A DNA stretch of 33,367 bases from the NCBI GenBank assembly GCA_900088475.1, contig FLMG01003897.1:1-33367 (forward strand), given 5' to 3'. Each line of letters starts with the position of its first letter. The first letter of the stretch is position 1. A program made the translations under genes and the position numbers. The notes under the pieces are model-generated. The model saw nothing but the letters and a program-made list of their open reading frames with translations, ran no database searches and had not been told where the DNA came from. Below are positions 1 through 9,917 of the stretch, piece by piece. The stretch is from Hyphochytrium catenoides (Eukaryota > Protista > Hyphochytriomycota).

Positions 1-2883
1 TCGAAGTACAGCAATAAGAAGTCCTTCTCCAAGCCCACGTAGGCTCAGCACTTTGGCTTTACTCACCTTGGGTTACTTACTATTCTCATATACTGCTTGC
101 GTCTGCTAGTGTGAATCTTGACGACAGCTTGTCAAAGGAGGAGCAGGTTAGAAGTAAGCATCAGGTTCTGCCATCACAAAATAAGGTTAGAAACGATAAG
201 GGCTATCGGATCTCATATGCCCCAAAGTCTTACTAGCATGGCCTTCACAAACCAAAGGACGAGAACAAGAGCAAGGTGCCAAGGCGTCCAGTAGCAGAGG
301 TAGTATATACTTCTACCACGGTTCCAGCAACAAAGACCTAACGCAAATGACAGGATGATTCATTCGAGGCCTTCATGGCCGATGACAGCGATGGCAGTGA
401 AGGTAGTAGAGTGAGTAAAGGAAGCAAGCGGAGCAAGTTAAGCAAACCCAGCAATTCAGCGCGGACAGGAATATCCGCCCCCGAGGTTCAGACTGTCACC
501 AAAGCACAAGAAGGTGCGAACGCTTCGGTGTCTGACAGCCATGACGACGATGCGCCACCGCCGTACTCAGAGGTAACCCTGAGACCACGTTAGTTTAGAA
601 CTTTACTGAGCGTTTGTCTTGAATCACATCCGCTATTTTGACTGACTTCTACAAATCAGGCTCTTGTAGCCTCAGCCCGGGCAAATACAGCGAAAGCTAC
701 TGTCTACCAGCTGGAACTTAGCCCGCCAACTGTGGATTCATCCAAGCCACCGGAGGAGGGCCAAAGAGTGCAGGAGGAGAGGCAGACATCAGCCCAGATT
801 ACTCTTGGCCCCGTTGTCAGTGACACGAAGAGCAGCATCCACAACCTACTTCCAGGTCATGAGCTTTCCGCCAAGCTCTTGACGGGAGATGATGTTGCAA
901 GAGGTGCTGATCTCTCTAACAACTCAAACAGCCCAGCCAGTAGTCAGCGCGATATGGTAAGTGGTGAATGAATAGTCTTAATAGATAAACCAGAGCATCA
1001 GGCTGATCGTTTTTGCTCGACAGCTTGCCGATAGTTACGCAGAGGATACTTTTGAAGAGAAGGAAGCTGCTGTCAGCAGGTGATTGACCTCTTCAATCTA
1101 AGTTGTTCCTTACTCTTTGACACTCTCTCACATCCAAAAAAAACTATGTCCTGTCCTAAAGTGTCCACCTTATTCCCTCGTTAACCATAGCAGGGACCAG
1201 TTAGCGGAAGTGGCCTTAAGCATAAATGGAGGAAGGACAGCTTTTGCTGCTTCAGGAGAACAGGAGGCTACTACCCCCTTTCCACCTACCAGGAAGCTGG
1301 AAGAAAACCAGGAGGTTGGACATAAGGTTGAAGTTGAGCGTGTTAAAGAGGAGGGAGAGAGAGAGAAGGAAAGTGGTGGGTCTCGGGCCGCCCTGAGCTC
1401 TCTACTGGTGCCGTCCAAGACCTGGACTGCGGATGAGAGGGAGACAGAAAAGGAGATAAGGTCCTCCATAAAACTTGTGGAAAGTATTGCTCCAGACACA
1501 CGGCCAGTGTCACGACCAATACCCGCAGCAGACATTCCACATCCAGTTCGTCCTAGGAGCTCCTCTTCACAAGTTAGTATAAACATCGAGGCCAGTGCCG
1601 TCGGCGGGACAGAGTATCAAGGGCAGGTAGAAGATAAGATTATTTACGCAAGGTCAGAGCCCCACCCAGACTCAGTGGCGGAGTTGAAGGGTGGTGTTCG
1701 GTCTGTTGCCACACAGTTCACGGGAAATCACGCTAGTGTACAAGTAGATATCATGCCAGAAGGACTGCTGGGCACTCAAGAATGTAAGTTATCCTCCCCT
1801 TAGTTCCTTTACGCTGGTCTCCTCTGTGTGCATCTGTTTATATCTTTCATCTTAGATATGGCTTAAGCGTCTTCTCTGTAGAGTTTTTCTCTGCTGCTTA
1901 CTTTTGCAACCTGACCCACCTTAGGGCTTACAAGGGCACATCGTGCTCGCACAGCGGCCCAATTCAGCCGACCAGAGAACTACGTTGACTTTTCTGAGAG
2001 GTCGCCGGCATTTTATCACCCTTCGGGTGCCTCCTATCCTTTATCAACCATCTCATCTTCGGCGGCAAACTTCAACTATCACCTTCCTCCTGCCCCTCCC
2101 ACCTACCAGCGATTTGGCCTGGGATGTGCTCCCGCGATGTTTGGTTGGGATCCCTACAACTGTCACCCAGCTTTCGACCCCTACTCTTCATCACCACCGA
2201 TCTGGAGAGGGGCCGCAAACCCGGCGCCGGCCAATAGAGAGACTGAAAGAAGCGCAAGGCCAAGAGGGGATGTGCCAGGAATGATGGGGCAGAGGGACGA
2301 CGCAGACCGCCCCGTTGAAGGTCAAAGCGCCTTTCCAAGTTCTTCCCCTTCGTTCAACGACATAAATCTCCCGACGGACGGAAGGAAGGAAGACTCTCGG
2401 GTTCCCACCCTAGGAGACACCAGCTATTCTACTATGGCAGCGACGCAAGCCGCTCTCATCTGGCAGCTAAACGAGCTAAGGATGCAGCTTCACCAGCAGA
2501 GAATGCAGGCCTATCTGCCTCCTCCACCTAGCTATCTAGATCCACATCCGGTAGGTTGCCCATCTAAAGATGTGTCAACCTTTTCCCTCTTGAATTCCTA
2601 TCTTCCTTTATTCCTTCCGTCTTAGCTCTATCCCTTCTTGCTCGCAGCAAATTTCAACTCTAAACTGCTGCTAAAGTTTATGCTTGTCGCGCGCCATCCT
2701 AAAATGCCTATTGTACTATAGGTGACAAGAGCAGCAAGAAGGCGGAGGGCGCCACTAACCCTATGGCAAGCCCTGATGAAAGTAGACCCGAGCCTTACCA
2801 GAGAAGAAGCTATGACCCTGGCGGATCGCTACACGAAGAAGAGTATGAACACGGAGGTATCAGCTGAAGAGGCGAAGAGCTGA
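1..2883 (+). CDS. 3' part of a multi-exon, largely disordered S/E/K/P-rich protein; C-terminal helical segment possibly DUF4614 (C19orf44-like)
   Basis: About 9 exons chain in consistent phase through GT-AG introns (the ORFs 375-593, 732-971, 1117-1803 and 2137-2625 each contain one). The last exon (~2722-2883) reads VTRAARRRRAPLTLWQALMKVDPSLTREEAMTLADRYTKKSMNTEVSAEEAKS* with TGA at 2881-2883. The 5' end lies outside the window. The family call is a weak recollection. Confidence 0.75.
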
Positions 2884-3056
2884 AAGAAAGTGTCAGTGGG
2901 GGGGAATGGAGACCAAAAGAAAGATCGTACGAAACGCAGATATATTTAGAGAAGTCTGGACGTACGTCATAAGGAAGCTATCCTTATGATGACCGCCAGA
3001 CGCGTTATTTAAGATATGTTGGCTAAGGGCCAGTCCACAAAGCGCCGCTCGCTACT

Positions 3057-3545
3057 CTATGAGAATTCTGCTGCGTCATAGATGCCCGGCATCATCGTGT
3101 TCACCTTTTCTGCGATAGCAAGAACAATTCCACTGCATAGATAGAGAAAAGTTACGGATTGGTTAGAGAATGGCATGACGTGTGAACCGTTCCTGACCAC
3201 TTACCTTCTGTACGCGTTGATCCCCTTGTTTTTGAGCCAGAACCAAAATTTATCGCAGTGTGCCTTGGCATCGATAAGTTCTCCATCCTCCGTTGTCTCC
3301 TTGAACAATAGAAATTGCCCAATCAGCTGGAATGTGGTGGTGATCCCGGCCTCCTCCATCGTCTTTACAGCAGCCTTTCCGATTCCAGGAACCTGGGAAC
3401 CGATATTGGCTTAGGAGAAACACATTGAACAATTACTGAGGAAGCGTACCTCCGAAAGGTCACCGGTGATGGGCGCTCGCAGAAAATCTGCAAGCTTATC
3501 GTCGCCCACTTGGGATCTGCTGGGATCATAACCATCGGATGGCAT
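3057..3545 (-). CDS. Barrier-to-autointegration factor (BAF/BANF1)-like DNA-binding protein, 119 aa, 3 coding exons (3545-3450, 3392-3205, 3132-3057)
   Basis: Spliced translation: MPSDGYDPSRSQVGDDKLADFLRAPITGDLSE|VPGIGKAAVKTMEEAGITTTFQLIGQFLLFKETTEDGELIDAKAHCDKFWFWLKNKGINAYRS|GIVLAIAEKVNTMMPGIYDAAEFS*. Exon lengths 96+188+76=360 nt with canonical GT-AG introns. Matches BAF hallmarks DF..xP, GIG (helix-hairpin-helix), GQFL and F..WLK. Confidence 0.85.
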
Positions 3546-3555
3546 ATTAGCTGTT

Positions 3556-3615
3556 CTAGAAAAGAGCTCGTCAGATATTCATGCTTCAGAAAAGAGCTAG
3601 AGCCACAGCTCTCAC
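3556..3615 (-). other. Probable 60-nt 5'-UTR intron of the BAF-like gene
   Basis: Minus strand reads ...gatag|GTGAGA...ctgac...ctcttttctAG|aacagctaatATG. Good donor, branch-like CTGAC, and an acceptor 10 nt before the start codon. Confidence 0.55.
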
Positions 3616-4351
3616 CTATCAACGTCCTCAAGATGCAGAGATCGTTTTAGCTTCCAGCTTCCAGGCTGTCGATGCTTCGTCCTTGTCTGATCAAAATGGG
3701 CTCCTTGTCCACGATGACAGAGATTCAAATCTGCAGTTCATGCGGGACTGGCGCGCCACAAAGCCGAAGACGAGACAGAGACGGCAAAAAGCGCGGGATT
3801 TGGCTCCATTCTGACACATTTTTTGAGGCTTGACCTCTAAAAGCCCATTGGGACGACCGCCTCGAGGAGTGTCACGAGGAAGAAAGACCGCCTCCTAACT
3901 CTTTCTGAGAATGAAATAGCCGCTAACGTCTTCAAAAGTACCAGCCGTTACCCTCCCTCCCTCGTCCACGTTGGATTCTGATGGGAATCTGCGGATGGAG
4001 CCCAAGTTTGATGCTGCTTCCATCGTTCATCGTGACCGACGATAGAGTTGTACAGCTGTTGCCTGTCATTCCACAGGCACCGATGAAGATGTTCATCGGG
4101 AGGCGAGACTTAGTACACTGCTATTGGTTGAGCAGTCTTAAGCTTTGCCCACGCTGCTTGGTGCCGCTGCTGTTTCGGCAGACTACAGCCCACGCTTGCG
4201 ATGGCGTCATTTAACTCCTTGGTGACGGATGCACTTTTCTTCATGCTGAAAGGACACTTCCTTATCGATGACGGCACCCGTCAGTCCAAATAGGATTTTC
4301 ATCCGTATCCTCTAACATCAGGCTCAAGGCCACGCTGGAAGGCTTGGGAAG

Positions 4352-6853
4352 ATGGCGCAGATCAAACGTCTTCAGCAGATGAGATCTTCAATGATCTTGA
4401 GGGCAGACCGACCTTCTGAGAACTCTTCCTCAGTCTGGTACAGCGTGCGTTCCGAGCAACATGCCTTTCCCCTACCGCCGGAGCTGCTGGAGACATTTGT
4501 TGGTCTACGGAAATATAGAAAGATTCAAGAGGAGGTGCTACAGCATCTGGACTCTCTTGTTCGTCAAGAACGTCAACTCCGGAGGTTTGCTATAGGTACC
4601 GACAATCTTGAGGTCCTGGTGAGCTTGTTTGAAGACAACGCTCGGGCTACCTTAGTCCCAGGAGCGCGTACGTTGCCAGTAAGTGCGGACCGCGTGCAGT
4701 CTCTACCAAAAGAGCTCCAGATTGTAATTCGCTGTTCTGCTCTCTTAAGGAGAGCTTTCCTAGACGCAATTGGAACAGCAACTGGAGAGAGTGACAGACT
4801 TACTCTCAGCCGTCTACTTCGACGCACGGTGCTTGTGATGCAAGAGCTCCAGCTACACCGAGAAATGGTAGCGGGTACACCGCTAATGGCTCTCCTGACG
4901 AGATTGGGGTGTGCCCTTCAGACCTTCCAGCTGCAGATAGGGGTGGGATGTCAAACAGACGTAGGGCAACTAGGGTACGATCTCTTGATCATGAACATCC
5001 AACTCTGCCTTCCTTCAGAACTGAACAGCAGTCGGCCGTTCCTCCAATCGGCCCTGACGGATATCCTGTACCTCAGTGTGCTGCTCTCCAATACTCAGAT
5101 CAAGTTAGCAGTGGACCTCCAGCGGTCGATGCTAGGGTTATGGGAGCTTCAACAAACGGAAGCTGATCCCACAGCAGCAATTCCCCTAAATGATGGTCTG
5201 ACTTTGGCTGCGGCTGCTGAAGAGGTCTGTTCTAGCGTCCACTCTGAGAGATTTGTGAAGATAGTATTAGAGGCTCTCTTCCAGCAAGACGATCACCGGA
5301 CACGTCATGTGCGACGTGTATTAAGGACTCAAGCAGGCTTCTACTTAGCTAGTGGTGCACTTAGAGCTCCTGGCGTTGCTCTAAGCGATCTTGGGCACCA
5401 ATTAACGCGGTACTTGGTAAATTATATCCTTTGCCTCTTGGAACCTCAAGATAGGATAACCCACTCCCTTCTCAGACTTCGATCCTCCCTGACAATTGCA
5501 GTGATGCATTGTGGCCAAGTAGTGTCCTGGGTAGACCAACTTGAACGGAATTCCGTCGTCCGTCTTCTTTTCTCCTCCCTCTTCTTTGACTTCCTGACCA
5601 CACCATCCCTCCTAGCGGCGGTTGAGGTTGGAAGTCTGGAAGGAGTAATTGTGGCTTTGGAACGGATGAAGGAGCAAGGGCGACTTTCCGTCCTTCCTCG
5701 CATGACCAGAGAGGTCTTGGCGGCGATATCAAAACTCGATCAACAAGTGCACCACAGTTACCTGATTGAGGTCCACACTTTCTCTTCCCGACTCTTCGAC
5801 ACTCTAATGAAGTCTTCAGCTGAAGTGACAGCCTTCCTGAGAACTCCTGATGCACAGATAAGCAATAGCAGCAAAGCTGATATGGGGAGAGAATGGGTTG
5901 CAGCGCTTGCCCTAGTCCCTCTTCTCACGCTCCGGCACTGCTGGAACAGCGCGCTCGATCAAGTTGCCCCTGAACTGCTCTTCTTTGCCTTTGACACTTT
6001 CGCCGCTTTGGCATTTTGCCAGGCAGCGCTCAGTGCCGAGTTGGAGCACTTCGAGAACGAACTCTTTGATTTCCTTTGTGTCTCTTCGCATCACGTTCAA
6101 GAAGAGCTTCTAGGTTTTGTTCTTAGCTTCCTTAATGGTGTTAGGGGCAGCCATCCTGAAGAGCAACAGTCCACCTTCCAGGAGTACAGACTGCGTTATC
6201 ATTTAAGGATTGCAGAATCACTCTTCCGATCCCCCCGTTCGGTACCTGCGATCAAGGAACTCAGCATGGAGGTCTTCTTCCAATCTCTGGAACTTCCTTT
6301 TCCGGCGACTGTTCAAGCCGTTCATGAGTTCTTCATGAGAGAGTTTGTCACCAAGAGCCAGTCACAGACAGATGAATGGATACCGCACTACGTCCGTCTC
6401 TCTCTGCAATCGTTCCCGGCCATCACATCCCCTGAACTGCTTGGTAAATGCATTGGGACCGTTCTAGGAGGGCTCGGTCACTCGGATGACAACCAAACGC
6501 TGAGGCTGCTCTGCTGCGAGATTATCGGAGGACGACTTTTACAGCTGTGGAATGATACAAGGTCGGAGAACGCCATCCACGTAGTGGATAGTGAAAGAAA
6601 TCTGCTCGCCGGGTTGCTCTTTGAGGTGCTAAAGGTAGTTCCTTTACGCTCACTTCCCATTGCCTGGGGTATCGTCGACAAGCTCTTTAGCAGCATCAAG
6701 AGCCAGGAGAACAGAGAAAGGCTTCTTTCTCTCCTCTTCTCTGTTGTCTCGTCTCAAGTGGATGGCACTAGAAGGGCTTTTCTTACCAAGTCCTATTTAT
6801 TCCTCCATAACCGGACTGTCCAAAACCATCAACATAATGGATTGAGCGATTAG
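4352..6853 (+). CDS. Intronless 833-aa Leu-rich alpha-solenoid (HEAT/ARM-like) protein; candidate peroxin PEX8
   Basis: 2.5-kb uninterrupted ORF with an amphipathic helical pattern throughout, so the CDS itself is near certain. The C-terminal motifs PATVQAVHEFF, HYVRLSLQSFPAITSPELLGKCIGTVL and LFSVVSSQVDGTRRAFLTKSY resemble my recollection of plant/fungal PEX8 C-termini (identity call ~0.5). Confidence 0.8.
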   Translation: MAQIKRLQQMRSSMILRADRPSENSSSVWYSVRSEQHAFPLPPELLETFVGLRKYRKIQEEVLQHLDSLVRQERQLRRFAIGTDNLEVLVSLFEDNARATLVPGARTLPVSADRVQSLPKELQIVIRCSALLRRAFLDAIGTATGESDRLTLSRLLRRTVLVMQELQLHREMVAGTPLMALLTRLGCALQTFQLQIGVGCQTDVGQLGYDLLIMNIQLCLPSELNSSRPFLQSALTDILYLSVLLSNTQIKLAVDLQRSMLGLWELQQTEADPTAAIPLNDGLTLAAAAEEVCSSVHSERFVKIVLEALFQQDDHRTRHVRRVLRTQAGFYLASGALRAPGVALSDLGHQLTRYLVNYILCLLEPQDRITHSLLRLRSSLTIAVMHCGQVVSWVDQLERNSVVRLLFSSLFFDFLTTPSLLAAVEVGSLEGVIVALERMKEQGRLSVLPRMTREVLAAISKLDQQVHHSYLIEVHTFSSRLFDTLMKSSAEVTAFLRTPDAQISNSSKADMGREWVAALALVPLLTLRHCWNSALDQVAPELLFFAFDTFAALAFCQAALSAELEHFENELFDFLCVSSHHVQEELLGFVLSFLNGVRGSHPEEQQSTFQEYRLRYHLRIAESLFRSPRSVPAIKELSMEVFFQSLELPFPATVQAVHEFFMREFVTKSQSQTDEWIPHYVRLSLQSFPAITSPELLGKCIGTVLGGLGHSDDNQTLRLLCCEIIGGRLLQLWNDTRSENAIHVVDSERNLLAGLLFEVLKVVPLRSLPIAWGIVDKLFSSIKSQENRERLLSLLFSVVSSQVDGTRRAFLTKSYLFLHNRTVQNHQHNGLSD

Positions 6854-7238
6854 AGTGGACCTGTACTCCCTTACAACCAGCACGCTGGCAGATATATGGT
6901 CAATCTGCCTGCTAGTAGGTGCTTATAGAAGGGGGAGTTGTTGCCTTGATGGCAGCAACACGTCCCAACATTATTTATCAGGTCAAAGATTCACGCCCTT
7001 TCGCCTAAGTTCGCTTCACAGCGTAAAGCGCCACAGCAAGGCAGTATGTCCTTTCTGCTTAGCTTGCGCAGCACTCCAACTGTCAGTATAGGTTAGGAGA
7101 CGAATATATAACGAAGAAGGTTAAGGCATCAGCATTCTGGCTAATTATTACTGTGCATATCACGCCCAACAGCTACCCGATCGACAGCTGGAAACAGTAG
7201 CTACCTGCTGCTAATATACTCTACAGGCTGATTGGACC

Positions 7239-8312
7239 CTAGTCAGTCTTAAAGTGTGTCATGTCGGTCTTGAAGTTGGCATAGAGTAGGCTATCCCGCC
7301 CCACATCCATGTAGGCCACTGAGTACACGGCACTCAGAATGACTACGACGAACCCTATCGAGGTCCAAAGGAAGATTTGATAGTTGGCAATCTCGGCCAT
7401 GCTTGGCTTCTCAAAAGCTGGGGAAGTCGCGTTCGTGTGCGTCCCGTTCTGTCCTTCTGCTTCGCTCTTCGGAGCCTCCAGCAGACGTCTTCTCAGTCCG
7501 TTGCTTTCCCAAGCAATCTTTTGCTCATGAGCTGCTAGCAGGACAACAAAACGCCCGTTATACACCTTTGCTAGTTGCATTAGAGTTGGTGCCCAAACTT
7601 TGTCGAGAATGTTGATGGCTCGCTTTACTTGTTGAGCGTCATCGCCGTAACGCTGTTTCAGCTCCCCAAGCCCTTGAAGCCGTAAAGTGAGGACATGCGG
7701 TAGTGCCTCTTTAGAAGTCTTTGCCATGAGTTTAGGCAAAGAGTGAGCGGCCGCGACCTCTTCCATAAAGCGTGCGCTTGCAGGCTCGTCGGCTGCAAAC
7801 CCTTCAATCGGTCTGACTTCTTCAGCGCTCCATGTAGCCGAACACCCCTGATCTGGCAGCGAACAAAGTGTGAAAGCTTCATTTCCAAACTGCTTTTGGG
7901 TCAGAAACGCCAAATAGGCGTTGGGATCGACAACGTTATAGTCCTCGAAGTCGGGCTGCAAGGTGAACGCTTGTTTGTTACGCACATCCAGAAGGAGCTC
8001 CTTCAGGTTTCGCATCTGCTCTAGGTTGTCCTTTGATAAGCCCTGAATATCAAGTGAAAGTAAGCCAAGAGGCCGTTTGAAAAGGTCTCCTGCGGGTAAA
8101 AAAGGTCTCGAGCTCATGTCAGAGGGATAGGAAAGGCCCAACATCCGAGCAGCAGTTTCCACGACGTCTTCATGGCCGATAGTCTGCTGGTTTTCCAGTG
8201 AGGCAAACTTGACCGTGTTCGAGAAGTCCAGAATAGTAAGCGTGTCCGCTGCGGAAGCTAAGAGGCGCGCCGTGGGTAAGGCAAGTAGGGCTCCTAACAT
8301 AGGAACTCTCAT
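7239..8312 (-). CDS. ATP6AP2: V-ATPase accessory protein ATP6AP2 / (pro)renin-receptor-like, 357 aa, intronless
   Basis: N-terminal signal peptide; luminal domain with GDLFKRP; polybasic RRRLL site; C-terminal TM and tail YQIFLWTSIGFVVVILSAVYSVAYMDVGRDSLLY, matching the Renin_r signature (..LW....MDxGxDS(I/L)(I/L)Y); ends in KTD. Confidence 0.85.
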   Translation of the reverse strand: MRVPMLGALLALPTARLLASAADTLTILDFSNTVKFASLENQQTIGHEDVVETAARMLGLSYPSDMSSRPFLPAGDLFKRPLGLLSLDIQGLSKDNLEQMRNLKELLLDVRNKQAFTLQPDFEDYNVVDPNAYLAFLTQKQFGNEAFTLCSLPDQGCSATWSAEEVRPIEGFAADEPASARFMEEVAAAHSLPKLMAKTSKEALPHVLTLRLQGLGELKQRYGDDAQQVKRAINILDKVWAPTLMQLAKVYNGRFVVLLAAHEQKIAWESNGLRRRLLEAPKSEAEGQNGTHTNATSPAFEKPSMAEIANYQIFLWTSIGFVVVILSAVYSVAYMDVGRDSLLYANFKTDMTHFKTD

Positions 8313-8420
8313 CTTGAGGTCCTCTTCTAAGAGCTGTGCTCCGACTTCTCACGAGAGTCTGCGTTTATCGTCTAGGGCAAGCCTTAGATCTCTTTGATCT
8401 CAAGGCTGGATTAAGTAGTC

Positions 8421-9650
8421 TCAACTATGAATAGAGTGAGACGTCAGAGTGGGGCCCCTAAGCTGCTTAGTGGTAGTGATAAGTGTTCGCAGAGATGGCA
8501 CTGAGGAAGGCGCACAGAGACCGTCATGAAGCTCCTTGAGACTCTTCATCAGTTCTCCTGCTGTAGAAATACAGGGGGAAAGATCTCTGTAGAAGCTGCA
8601 GATTCTAACAGTCTTCCATTATCCAGAAAGACTGTGTTTCACTTCCACCTGCCCCTTTGTCACTTATCAGCATCGGCCCTCCCTCTTCACAAAAGTAAAT
8701 AGTCAATTTAGATCATTTCACAACAATGTTGTCTCACAAAGCTCTAACATTGTTCCTCCGTATAATTGACACGGTAACTGCAACCTTTACCGTAACTTGG
8801 CAAATGGTGAAGGTCCGGGACATCGCCACTCTCCCCTACCTCCTACACCTTTTTCTAATGACTGTAACACAGAGTCCAGACGCTCCCCCCTCCCCCCATG
8901 AGGGGGATCCCTCCTTCCAGATCTTCCCCGGGACTGAATGGTGAAACCGCCCACTGCTGTCCCTCCTCCTCCATCTGAAGCTGATCAGGGCCGTTACTGC
9001 GAAGTGCAGGAGCGACTGGGCAAGAAAGAGAGAGAGGAGAGGCGGCGAAGAGCTAGAGTATAGATAGGGCAGGGCAAGGCATGCAGGAGGAGGATGAGAT
9101 CAAGAGGAAGGGCCTACCACTGTTCGACCACCTCCTCCAGGTGATAATGATAATGATGGTGGGCCGTTGGTGGTGGGGACAGGAGAAGGACCTCTCACAA
9201 TCAGGCGATAGGGTAGGCGGCACAGCAGGTGCCTTGCGCCAGAGAGCTAGAAGGAGGCTTCAAAGAAGGAGTAGTTGTTGAGAACAGCTGTGATGATGGC
9301 TTGTGGCTGGGTTGATGTTCCCTTCTTCCTTCCTCCACGAAGAGCACATCGCCCTTCAGATAAAAGTCGTGGCTAGTTATCAAGGTGAAAAGTATGCATA
9401 ACCACCTTCCAATAATACATTTTTGAACCCAGCGGCTAGCTTGATCGACAAGGTATTGCCCATCACCAGCAACATCCAGCAAGAACACCGCGCCGCCCAT
9501 GCCCATGGTTCCCCTCTAACCGGTGCTATCGCCAACACTGATGCAAAATAATGGATTGGCGTTTTCCATTGACCCGTTTGTCATGTGGTCAGCTTCTTCT
9601 TCTCCTTATATTGGTCCGGTGACTGCAGTTGCTGCAATGTGTTATTCATA
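8421..9650 (-). CDS. Possible spliced orphan gene (structure unresolved)
   Basis: Intron-like segment 9117-9016 (GTAGGC...long C/T tract...CCCAG). Open frame ~8627-8421 reads LDNGRLLESAASTEIFSPCISTAGELMKSLKELHDG...*. ORF 9506-9201 lies upstream. I could not build a complete in-frame model. Confidence 0.25.
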
Positions 9651-9917
9651 GCGAAGGACTGCCAACAGTTCAAAGTTTGCTTTATAAAAAAGGCATCATC
9701 GTAGACCTGCCGACGGCCACATCTTCTCCTCGACGAGTCTTCCACCTCTAGCTTCTCATTCTACTAGCGGATATCTCTAACAGAAGACATCCGTCGTAAG
9801 GTGCTGGCCCTTCTGGATATTCATTTATTTTTGTCCGGTAGGCAGCCACCAGAGGGAGGCCACAACAGATTGCATCACTTTATTACATAGAAACCCAAAG
9901 GCGGAGACAAGGGCCAG

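Noticed and set aside
4206-4302. Minus-strand MKILFGLTGAV..., resembling a flavoprotein (PPCDC-like) start
   Set aside because: It stops after ~31 codons with no continuing exon or further family motifs; likely chance.
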